Shown: piece by piece, positions 1-8,259 of the stretch
Numbering within the stretch: position 1 is the first letter of the stretch
Layout: each line of letters begins with the position of its first letter
Source of the DNA: Flavobacteriales bacterium
GTDB lineage: Bacteria; Bacteroidota; Bacteroidia; Flavobacteriales_E; Vicingaceae
NCBI GenBank assembly: GCA_016763795.1
Contig: JAESTF010000333.1
Span: 1 to 42,826 of the forward strand
Length of the DNA stretch: 42,826 nt
Reading direction: 5' to 3'
Notes under the pieces: generated by a model
The model's input: only the letters and a program-made list of their open reading frames with translations
Told to the model about the DNA's origin: nothing
Database searches by the model: none
Program-made: the position numbers and the translations under genes

Positions 1-1
1 T

Positions 2-757
2 AAAAATGATAATGTTTATTATTCCTCAGCTCGAAAAGGAGGGTTTGGTCAAAATGATATTTATATGATAAATGTTAATGGAATTAAGATAACGGGTGTT
101 GCTTTGTTGTATAATGATCCTTCATCACCCATTACTAAATTGAAAGTAAACATTACAAACAAGGATAGAACATTTAACTTAGCAGATACAACAGACGTTT
201 CGGGAAGGTATTACTTTCCTAAACTACCCATAAGTGATGATTATATTTTATTTATTGAAGAGATTGATGAGAGAGAGATTCCAGATTCTATTTATGTGCT
301 TAAAGGAGAAGTTATAAGAATGGGAAGAGCATACAGTAAGAGTAGTATTAATGACTCTATAGTTGATGAAAAAGGGAGTTATAGTGTTGAATTGATAAAT
401 GAAGAATATAAAAACAAACTAGATTCTATAGAAAATATGTCTGATGAAGCTATTTTAGAAGAGTATGGAGATAAAAGAGCACCTGGATTAGTATATAAAG
501 TACAAGTAGCAGCTTTAGCAAATTCTAAAAACTTTGAAGGAAGTTATTTAGAAGGATTCGGTGAAATTGAGAAAATAGTTTTAGATGATGGTTTAACGAG
601 AGTTACCATTGGAAAATTTTTAGTTTTGAAAGAAGCTTCCGCTCTGTTAGAATCTGTAAAAAGTAAGGGGCAGGATGATGCTTTTATTATTGTATTTGTT
701 GAGGGTAAAAGAACTTACCTTAAAGACTTAATTAAAGGAGGGGCTTTTGTTGAATAG
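2..757 (+). CDS. C-terminal part of a secreted/periplasmic protein with a C-terminal SPOR (peptidoglycan-binding) domain; 5' end lies outside the window
   Basis: The frame is open from the window edge (KNDNVYYSSARKGGFGQNDIYMINVNG). The SS.R.GG.G..DIY pattern resembles TolB/PD40-type repeats. A GRYYFPKLP segment resembles a CarboxypepD_reg-like sandwich. The last ~70 aa (YKVQVAALANSKNF...DDAFIIVFVEGKR) fit the SPOR pattern. Confidence 0.6.
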   Translation, partial: KNDNVYYSSARKGGFGQNDIYMINVNGIKITGVALLYNDPSSPITKLKVNITNKDRTFNLADTTDVSGRYYFPKLPISDDYILFIEEIDEREIPDSIYVLKGEVIRMGRAYSKSSINDSIVDEKGSYSVELINEEYKNKLDSIENMSDEAILEEYGDKRAPGLVYKVQVAALANSKNFEGSYLEGFGEIEKIVLDDGLTRVTIGKFLVLKEASALLESVKSKGQDDAFIIVFVEGKRTYLKDLIKGGAFVE

Positions 758-881
758 CTTTAAATATTGGTTTCCCCTAAATTTCACTCTCAAACTGGTT
801 AGCATCTCAATTAATAATGAACTGTTTATAACTGCTTTCACGGCACCTTCTTTGTAGTTGAATAAATAATATTTTTACCCG

Positions 882-2045
882 ATGCTTAGAGGAATTGTTA
901 TATTTTTTGTTGTTTTTTATTCACTATTTACAGTTGCTTTTGCAGAAATTGTAAACATAGGAATTTATCATAAAAGTAAAATCACTTCTTTTATTTTTCA
1001 TCCCGAAGAAGGTAAATACAGTGTATTTACTGAGCATGGAAAGCTTTTAGAGATTGATAAAACAGATTTATTAGAGATAAGGTACATTAACAATCAAATT
1101 ACAATAAAATCTTTTGATAAAAATTACGGAAGCTTTAAAAAAGTGCGATTTATTGGCACGTCATGGAGCAACTCTTTCAAAATAAAACTTACCAATAGCA
1201 AAAGAATAAAGATTTATGAAGATAATCTCTTTATTAATTTACATAATTACTATAACTACTTTCAATTAATTAATAATATAGAAATTGATAACTATATTGC
1301 TGGAGTAGTAGAATCAGAAGTGGGTAGGAGTCCGCCTCCAGAATACTTTAAGCTGCAAGCTATTATTTGTCGAACCTATGCGCTAAAAAACATTAAACGG
1401 CACCAAGCAGAAGGTTTTAGTCTTTGCGATAAAGTACACTGTCAAGCTTATAATAGAAAACCAAAATCAGAATTAATTAAAACGGCAGCACTAGAGACTA
1501 AAGATGTTGTAATTGTTGATAGCGATATTGATTTAATTACCGCAACATTTTATTCGAATTGTGGAGGAGAAACTGCTAGATCTGAAGAGGTATGGAAGCA
1601 AAAATTGTACTACTTAAGAGCTGTTAAAGATACTTTTTGTTTGCATGAAAATAATGCTGTTTGGACGAAAAAAATATCCAAAGAAAAATGGATGAGATAT
1701 TTAATAAATCATGGTTTTCCAAAAGGAAGCTTAAAACATGAGTGTAGCACAGAATATTTTCAGAATTGTAGAGAGCAATTTTATGAAAATCAGAACGTAC
1801 AAATACCTTTTACTAAAATTAGAACTGATTGGCACTTAAAATCAGCACAGTTTAATGTAACTCCTGAGGGTAGTTTTGTGATTTTAAAAGGAAAAGGTTT
1901 TGGTCACGGAGTTGGTTTGTGTCAAGAAGGAGCTATGAGAATGGCTAAAACAGGCTATTCTTATATTCAAATCTTACACTTCTATTACAAAGATGTGCAC
2001 ATGATTAATTTAGAATCATTGGCTTTCTTTAAAGCTGATTATTAA
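882..2045 (+). CDS. SpoIID/LytB domain-containing protein (amidase enhancer / lytic transglycosylase-like)
   Basis: N-terminal hydrophobic signal. Family-typical motifs AGVVESEVG, ICRTYAL, YSNCGGETA and GHGVGLCQEGA. Confidence 0.85.
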   Translation: MLRGIVIFFVVFYSLFTVAFAEIVNIGIYHKSKITSFIFHPEEGKYSVFTEHGKLLEIDKTDLLEIRYINNQITIKSFDKNYGSFKKVRFIGTSWSNSFKIKLTNSKRIKIYEDNLFINLHNYYNYFQLINNIEIDNYIAGVVESEVGRSPPPEYFKLQAIICRTYALKNIKRHQAEGFSLCDKVHCQAYNRKPKSELIKTAALETKDVVIVDSDIDLITATFYSNCGGETARSEEVWKQKLYYLRAVKDTFCLHENNAVWTKKISKEKWMRYLINHGFPKGSLKHECSTEYFQNCREQFYENQNVQIPFTKIRTDWHLKSAQFNVTPEGSFVILKGKGFGHGVGLCQEGAMRMAKTGYSYIQILHFYYKDVHMINLESLAFFKADY

Positions 2046-2046
2046 A

Positions 2047-3327
2047 TCATTTTACAATAAAAATAGTTTTACTTTCTTTGTTAATCTCTACAATATTTTC
2101 CTTTTCAATAATCATAGTAGGTATCCCATCAAAATCAGCAATTTTTCCTTTTAAGGTTATTTCCTTTCCTTTCCATTCTGTTAAAGGATCGTAGCTAAAG
2201 TTAACGATGTTTTTTTTCCAAATAGCAATAGTAAATATTTGATTTGGATAACTTTTGTCTAGATTAAAAAATAAGTGACCATTTCTCGTTCTTCGAGCAT
2301 CTACCACAGTACCTCTAATGGTCATTTTTTTACCTGTACCCATATTACGTTTAGCTTGTATTGTATTATAAATGCCTTTAGGTAAATCGGGCTGGTAAAG
2401 TGGGGTAACATCTCCTTTTTGTTTCTCAGGAACCCAAATAGTAATATCTTTTTGAGTTTCTAATTTTTCTTCTAAGCCATCTTCTAGCTGATGAAAGAAA
2501 TTTATACTTGTTACTTTTTCTACTTCGTTAATAGTTACAGCATAACTTGAAACCGGGTATTTCATCTCTTTATTGGGCATAATAAATGCAATGGCTTTTT
2601 TGTTGACTAAATCTAAAACGACTTTAAAAAAGTATTTTGGGATACTTACTTTATTTACACTACGCTCTATAATTGGCAGGCTATCGTTTAACAATGGCCC
2701 AGTAACTACGTAAAGTTGTGTTTTTGGGTGTTCGTAAATGTAACCTCTTAATAAACCCTCTAAATCAGCCCATTTTTCTCTATTAAACTTATCTAACTGT
2801 GGTGACATGTTTGAATAAAAATAAGATTCCGATAAAGCTTTTTTACTCCATCTAAAATCTGCCGAAGGAGCTAAATGACCTCTGTCATAGCCAAAACCGT
2901 CATAATCATATTTATCTTCAGAACCTTCTTTTAATGTTTTTAAGAAGTAATCTTTTTCTATCGCACTTCCTGTTTTTACTAAAGGATCTGCTCTAAAGTC
3001 GTTACTTCTACCTGCTTTTCCGTTAATAATATCAGCAGTTATAATGTGAGAAACCCATTTAGCTTGTTCGTGTTTTTCGGAATAAATTAAAGACATAGCG
3101 GAATGATTAATTAACACTTCACCTTCTTTTAATTTTGGAATTCCAATCGTTTGAATATCTTCTTGAATCTTTTTTAATTTCAATTCATTTATTTGATCAT
3201 TAAGCTTTAAAAGATTATTATCTAAAAGTTCTGTTTGATTTTTTAATTCTTGAATTTGTTCATCAATACTTTGAGAAAAAGCGACAGAAGTCGTCAAAAG
3301 AAATATAGATAAGATTTTATTTTTCAT
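2047..3327 (-). CDS. Secreted DNA/RNA non-specific endonuclease (NucA/EndoG beta-beta-alpha-Me family) with a C-terminal OB-fold-like extension
   Basis: Signal peptide MKNKILSIFLLTTSVAFSQ, a coiled-coil-like stretch, the active-site motif DRGHLAPSADF and NMSPQ. The C-terminal ~90 aa (GTVVDARRTRNGHLFFNLD...KGKIADFDGIPTMII) resembles OB-fold nucleic-acid-binding modules. Confidence 0.85.
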   Translation of the reverse strand: MKNKILSIFLLTTSVAFSQSIDEQIQELKNQTELLDNNLLKLNDQINELKLKKIQEDIQTIGIPKLKEGEVLINHSAMSLIYSEKHEQAKWVSHIITADIINGKAGRSNDFRADPLVKTGSAIEKDYFLKTLKEGSEDKYDYDGFGYDRGHLAPSADFRWSKKALSESYFYSNMSPQLDKFNREKWADLEGLLRGYIYEHPKTQLYVVTGPLLNDSLPIIERSVNKVSIPKYFFKVVLDLVNKKAIAFIMPNKEMKYPVSSYAVTINEVEKVTSINFFHQLEDGLEEKLETQKDITIWVPEKQKGDVTPLYQPDLPKGIYNTIQAKRNMGTGKKMTIRGTVVDARRTRNGHLFFNLDKSYPNQIFTIAIWKKNIVNFSYDPLTEWKGKEITLKGKIADFDGIPTMIIEKENIVEINKESKTIFIVK

Positions 3328-3336
3328 TCGATAAAT

Positions 3337-3897
3337 TTATTTCTTTTTCTTCTTTTTTGCTGCAATTTTCGCTTCTTTTTTTGCTTTTTTAGCAGCTGCC
3401 TTTTTTTGTTGTTCTTTTCTTTGTTTAAGGTAATATTCTCGTCTTATCTTTTCCTCTTTTGTTTCTGGTCGTTCATCAATCTCAGCATGATATTTTTTCA
3501 TGTCAAAATTTTTCATACCTCCACCTAAACCTAAACCTGAAACAGATACAGGTCCAATACCAATCCCTACACTCATTCCTGATTGGTTTTGTGGAGGCGT
3601 TATTCGTAATGGTAATTCTTTATTTAAAGCTATTTCACCCAATATTTGACCTTTAGAACCAACAATTACTACAACATCTGGATAAGCTTTAAAATACCAT
3701 TTTCCTTTTATTACTTTTCCATTAACTTTAGAAATCATCATTGCTCCCTGCTTAATTACATGCTTTACTTTTCCTTCTTTAGAGATAATAATAGAATATA
3801 TTTTTCGGGAATCATCATTTCCATAACCTTCCCTAGCTTGAGAAAACACTGTTAGGTTAATTATAATTAACAGCAGTACTAAATTTAGTTTTTTCAT
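3337..3897 (-). CDS. Hypothetical secreted protein with a Gly-rich segment and a poly-lysine/alanine C-terminal tail
   Basis: Signal peptide MKKLNLVLLLIIINLTVFSQ. The tail is ...KKAAAKKAKKEAKIAAKKKKKK. No family recognised. Confidence 0.5.
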   Translation of the reverse strand: MKKLNLVLLLIIINLTVFSQAREGYGNDDSRKIYSIIISKEGKVKHVIKQGAMMISKVNGKVIKGKWYFKAYPDVVVIVGSKGQILGEIALNKELPLRITPPQNQSGMSVGIGIGPVSVSGLGLGGGMKNFDMKKYHAEIDERPETKEEKIRREYYLKQRKEQQKKAAAKKAKKEAKIAAKKKKKK

Positions 3898-3995
3898 AAT
3901 AACAGTTTTTTAGTTTATACCAAAATTAATGGATTTAGTTCGTAATAATTTCATCTTCCCATAAATGACAGATTTTTAGTATATTAGCTAATATA

Positions 3996-6143
3996 ATGCA
4001 ACAACTAAACCACATTCCTTTGTTACGTTTGTTAATCCCATTTATTCTCGGAATAATTGGAGTTGTTTACCTCAAACCAAATTCAGATTATCTCATTTTA
4101 AGTTTGGGAATTTTAGTAATTTTTTTTTTCGGTTTACTATTAGTTAAAAAAATAAATGCTAACTATAAAATAAGGTGGCTATTTGGAATATTCATTTACG
4201 CCAGTTTAATTTTATCAGGAGCTTCCTTAACCAGTTTGAAATATAAAAACACCAATAACACATCTAAACTTTTAACCGAAAAAAACAACCAATTATTAAT
4301 AGGAGAAATAATTGAACCACCTCAAAATAAAGCTAAAAGCATAAAAACGGTACTGAATATTAAAGGAATTAAAACACAAAGTAGTTGGATTGAAGGAACT
4401 GGAAAAGTGATTATTTACTTACAAAAAGATAGTTTATCCGATAAACTAAATGTTGGCGATGTAATTTCTTTTGAACCCAAGTTGAAAAATGTTCCTCCAC
4501 CAAAAAATCCAAATGAATTTGATTTTAGGAAATACCTTTCATTTCATTTAATACATCAACAAGCTTATTTGCGCTCTAATAATTGGAAATTAGTACAACA
4601 ATCTCCAACAACAGGTATTTTTAAATTTGCGAATAATAGTCGTAAATACTTAATTAAAACATTAGAAGAAAAAGGAATTAAAGGAAAAGAACTGGCGGTT
4701 GCATCTGCTTTAATTTTAGGGTATAAAGATAGTATTGATGCTCAACTAAAAAGTGCTTACTCAAGTGCTGGAGCAATGCATGTGTTAGCTGTTTCGGGTT
4801 TACATGTGGGTGTTATTTTTTTAATATTTAGCCAATTATTTTCATTTTTTGAGAAAATTAAATATGGTAAAATTATTAAAGGAGTTTTACTTATTATTAT
4901 ACTTTGGGTATATGCATTGCTTACAGGTTTATCACCATCAGTAATGCGAGCAGCAACTATGTTTAGTTTTATCGTTGTAGCAAAAATGACGAATAGAAAT
5001 TCTAGTTTCTTTAATACATTAGCTGCATCTGCATTGGTTTTACTTATTTATAATCCACTGTTAATTATGGAAGTTGGTTTTCAACTTTCTTATATGGCTG
5101 TTATTGGTATTGTAATTATTCAGCCTTGGATAAACGATAGAGTTACCTTGAAATACTGGTTGCCGCGTAAAGTTTGGGAAATAACAGCAGTTTCTATTGC
5201 CGCTCAAATTGCAACATTCCCGTTGGGATTATTGTATTTTCATCAATTTCCTAATTATTTTATGCTCTCTAATTTAATTGTAATACCACTTGCTATAGGT
5301 ATTTTGTATTTAGGGATAATTACCCTAAGTCTATCATTTATACCTGTGGTTGGCGAATATTTAGCACTCGGTCTAAATTATATTATTCAGTTTTTAAATG
5401 CCTCGGTTAATTTTATTGATTCATTACCTTACTCTTTATCAGAAAACATACGTTTTAGCGTTACGGATACTTGGCTCGTTTATCTTTTTATTATTTTCAT
5501 CATTACATTAATTGCTTATCGAAAATTTAAGTACCTATTGTTTGGATGTTGTTTTATTGCCGTCTTTTTGATGTCAACTTTCTGGGTAAGTTTTTCGGGT
5601 TTGGATCAGCGGAAAATTATTATTTATAACATACCTCAATTCTCTGCCATTAATTTTATTGATGGAGCTGATAATATTTTAGTTTCAGACATTAAGCTGA
5701 CTCAAAATAGGAGTAAGCTAATGTTTCACGTTCAAAATAATTGGATTAATAATGGTGTCGATAAAGAAAAGGTAGTGAACTTAGACCATCTCATTAAAAA
5801 ATATTCACTTTCTAATATTTATAGAATATCTAATAGGAACCTCTTTACAAAAAGAAATTATTTTCAATTCTACGACACTAAAATTGCTATAATTGACAAC
5901 AAATATCAACTTAGCCACAGTAGTGATAAATTGAATATTGATTTACTGTTGTTAACGAAAAATACACAACTTTCTATCAAAGAAATTCTTAGTCAATTTA
6001 ATCCTAAACAAATAGTAGTTGATGCTTCAAATTCTTCTTATACCTCACAACGTTTAAAAGATGAAGCAAATGAATACGAAGTTAATTGTTGGGTCGTTTT
6101 GCTGGATGGGGCTTACATTAAAAATATAAATCAAATTACCTAA
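3996..6143 (+). CDS. comEC: ComEC/Rec2 family DNA-internalisation competence protein
   Basis: Polytopic membrane protein of 715 aa. N-terminal OB/DUF4131-like region and competence-domain motifs (GAMHVLAVSGLHVG, LSPSVMRAATMF). The C-terminal ~180 aa shows no HxHxDH metallo-beta-lactamase motif. Confidence 0.85.
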   Translation: MQQLNHIPLLRLLIPFILGIIGVVYLKPNSDYLILSLGILVIFFFGLLLVKKINANYKIRWLFGIFIYASLILSGASLTSLKYKNTNNTSKLLTEKNNQLLIGEIIEPPQNKAKSIKTVLNIKGIKTQSSWIEGTGKVIIYLQKDSLSDKLNVGDVISFEPKLKNVPPPKNPNEFDFRKYLSFHLIHQQAYLRSNNWKLVQQSPTTGIFKFANNSRKYLIKTLEEKGIKGKELAVASALILGYKDSIDAQLKSAYSSAGAMHVLAVSGLHVGVIFLIFSQLFSFFEKIKYGKIIKGVLLIIILWVYALLTGLSPSVMRAATMFSFIVVAKMTNRNSSFFNTLAASALVLLIYNPLLIMEVGFQLSYMAVIGIVIIQPWINDRVTLKYWLPRKVWEITAVSIAAQIATFPLGLLYFHQFPNYFMLSNLIVIPLAIGILYLGIITLSLSFIPVVGEYLALGLNYIIQFLNASVNFIDSLPYSLSENIRFSVTDTWLVYLFIIFIITLIAYRKFKYLLFGCCFIAVFLMSTFWVSFSGLDQRKIIIYNIPQFSAINFIDGADNILVSDIKLTQNRSKLMFHVQNNWINNGVDKEKVVNLDHLIKKYSLSNIYRISNRNLFTKRNYFQFYDTKIAIIDNKYQLSHSSDKLNIDLLLLTKNTQLSIKEILSQFNPKQIVVDASNSSYTSQRLKDEANEYEVNCWVVLLDGAYIKNINQIT
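6026..6074 (+). repeat. Left copy of an att-like direct repeat, inside the comEC 3' end
   Basis: By hand alignment, 43 of 49 nt are identical to 14848-14896. This includes the exact 19-mer caacgtttaaaagatgaag (6048-6066 = 14870-14888). Confidence 0.6.
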
Positions 6144-6168
6144 TTTTAAGTATTATAAAAACAAAATT

Positions 6169-6486
6169 ATGAAGGCAGGAAAATTAATAGGAATCGTACT
6201 CGCTATTTTAGGATTAATAACTTTTATACTAATTATTACAGTATTTAATAATACTCTTTCAATTCCAAAAATTATAATTTGTGGTCCCTCATTTTTAATA
6301 GTTGGTGTAGCAATGATTATTTTTCCTGGCGGAAATATTACTGTCTCAGAAATTAATAATAAAACAAAATTAGGAGGCGAAATATGGTCTGGGGCACCAA
6401 CACTACATAAAATAGTTTGGATATTATCATTATTGCTAGGGACTGCTGCCGTTTTCTATCAACTAAATAAAATTGGATTATTGTAG
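6169..6486 (+). CDS. Small integral membrane protein (about 3 TM helices), unknown function
   Basis: 105-aa ORF with hydrophobic stretches LIGIVLAILGLITFILIITVF, IIICGPSFLIVGVAMIIFP and IVWILSLLLGTAAVFY. No family recognised. Confidence 0.5.
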   Translation: MKAGKLIGIVLAILGLITFILIITVFNNTLSIPKIIICGPSFLIVGVAMIIFPGGNITVSEINNKTKLGGEIWSGAPTLHKIVWILSLLLGTAAVFYQLNKIGLL

Positions 6487-6631
6487 ATATAAAATATTGT
6501 TTTTCAGTTGGTTATATTTGTTTTACTATTTTTTTGCTAAAGAATAACTTTATTTAGTTAATGGTATTCTATACATAATTAAAAACTATTAATTATTATA
6601 TTAGCATTCCACAAAAACAAATGATTATACT

Positions 6632-7474
6632 ATGGTAATAATTGGATACAGATCAACTTTAATTGGAGAAACTACTTTGTCTTTTACAACATGTGAAGAA
6701 TGTGGGACAAAAAACTCTTATACGGTTTTTACCTACGGAAGATATTTTCATGTTTTTTGGATACCACTATTTCCAATAGGAAAGACTTATTTAGCTGAAT
6801 GCTCTCATTGCAAAAAAGCATACAGTAAGGAGCGATTGTTTACCAAAGAAGTTAGAGAGGCTTTTCATACAGAAAGAGTTAGAACACCAGTTAAAAGACC
6901 ATTTTGGCACAGTATAGGGTCATTAATGATTTTAGGGATAATTGGCTTAAGCATTATTACTGCTCTAATAGCTATAGCGACTGATGATGGCTCTGCAGAA
7001 AAGAAAAGATTAGCTGAAGAACCTTTTAAAGAGGCATTAGAAATGGACCTAGCTAAATTAAGCAGCAACGTAGCACTTGATGATTCTTTAACTTTTTATA
7101 TTAAAGATTGCCTATCTTTTAGTTTAAATAATGAGGTGAATGAAGATGAGATAGAATATTATACAGAAATGAAGGAAGACAAAATTCTTATTTTATTACG
7201 GATTAGAGACATTAAGAAGATTAAGAAAAAGTCACGAAAAAAGCTAATAGAATTTATTGAAATGTGTGTGAATTTAAACGATGAACCGAATACAAGAGAT
7301 TTATATATTATGGTAAAAGGTAAATACACTCCAATATTACTTAAAACTCCTTTCGAATCTGATTTGGGTGGTTACTTAGCATCAAAGAGTGATCTTTACC
7401 CGTATTATGCAGATGATAACCAGAGCAAAGATTCGACAACTGTAGCGATAGAAGTAGTTATAAATTCTTTGTAA
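6632..7474 (+). CDS. Zinc-ribbon domain membrane protein, unknown function
   Basis: An N-terminal CxxC...CxxC ribbon (CEECGTKN...CSHCKKAY) encloses the FHVFWIPLFPIGK motif typical of zinc-ribbon membrane proteins. One TM helix follows (SIGSLMILGIIGLSIITALIAIA), then a ~160-aa acidic/basic C-terminal domain. Confidence 0.55.
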   Translation: MVIIGYRSTLIGETTLSFTTCEECGTKNSYTVFTYGRYFHVFWIPLFPIGKTYLAECSHCKKAYSKERLFTKEVREAFHTERVRTPVKRPFWHSIGSLMILGIIGLSIITALIAIATDDGSAEKKRLAEEPFKEALEMDLAKLSSNVALDDSLTFYIKDCLSFSLNNEVNEDEIEYYTEMKEDKILILLRIRDIKKIKKKSRKKLIEFIEMCVNLNDEPNTRDLYIMVKGKYTPILLKTPFESDLGGYLASKSDLYPYYADDNQSKDSTTVAIEVVINSL

Positions 7475-8259
7475 ATTAAACCAAAAATCAAAAAGCATTG
7501 AATTATTGATAATGACTAAATGGCTTGTTGTTATTAGAGTGTTAATTGATAGTATAATTCTTAGAGTCTTTATTCAGAACAAATTAACTAACCAACTTAT
7601 TCCCGCGGGTTATTTGCATATAATTAGTCATTATGTTACTTTTCTTGTAATTCTTAACATAATAATTTAAATAAACGCTCTTAATTGTTGTACATCTATT
7701 ATAAGTATAATGTTAAGGTATATATATGATATAGGAGACTTAAATTATATAAAGAACTGTTTTAGGTAATTCTTTAACATTTACTAGATGGATTAGGTTT
7801 TTTTGTTTTGAATTCATTGAAGTTGAAAATGAAAATATTTTCTCAATCAAGAAAGTTATGTTATTATAGATGGAAAACGGAGGAGTATAGAACACTATAC
7901 TTTCACCTAAATACAAAGGAAATGATAGTCCGGATGTAAAAGTAATTACAACTTGATACACTAAAAATGCTCAAAGAGAATAAACCACAAAAATACATAG
8001 AAAGTTTATGAATATATTGTTTCAAAACGAAATAATTTATTATATCAATTGATTTTCAGTGGTTTAGCAGTCATTCTTTTGCGAAGAATATAGCATAGTA
8101 AAACCTAATATCACTTGGACTTATTTTATTAGATCGAATTAATACGGTATGATACGTAAACACATTTGTGTGATTTTACTGATGAATAATATTCTTATAA
8201 TTTTTAATTTTTGGTCATTATTTAATTTAGAATAATTAAAAATAAAAAAAAGTAATTCT

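Noticed and set aside
3459-3855. Two plus-strand ORFs (65 and 69 aa) opposite the lysine-tailed protein gene
   Set aside because: They overlap the better-supported minus-strand ORF, which has a signal peptide. Their translations are low-complexity.
5722-5737. parS-like string tgtttcacgttcaaaa
   Set aside because: Only the left half matches the TGTTTCACGTGAAACA consensus. It is not palindromic and sits inside comEC. No canonical parS was seen near parAB either.
7602-7609. Isolated GC palindrome cccgcggg in AT-rich spacer
   Set aside because: It is a single 8-bp palindrome with no partner or context, so no function can be assigned.
7740-7961. 73-aa minus-strand ORF in the long spacer upstream of the radical SAM gene
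   Set aside because: It has no signal peptide or recognisable motif, and an ORF this short in AT-rich spacer can arise by chance. The region is treated as non-coding, and flagged as such in the findings.
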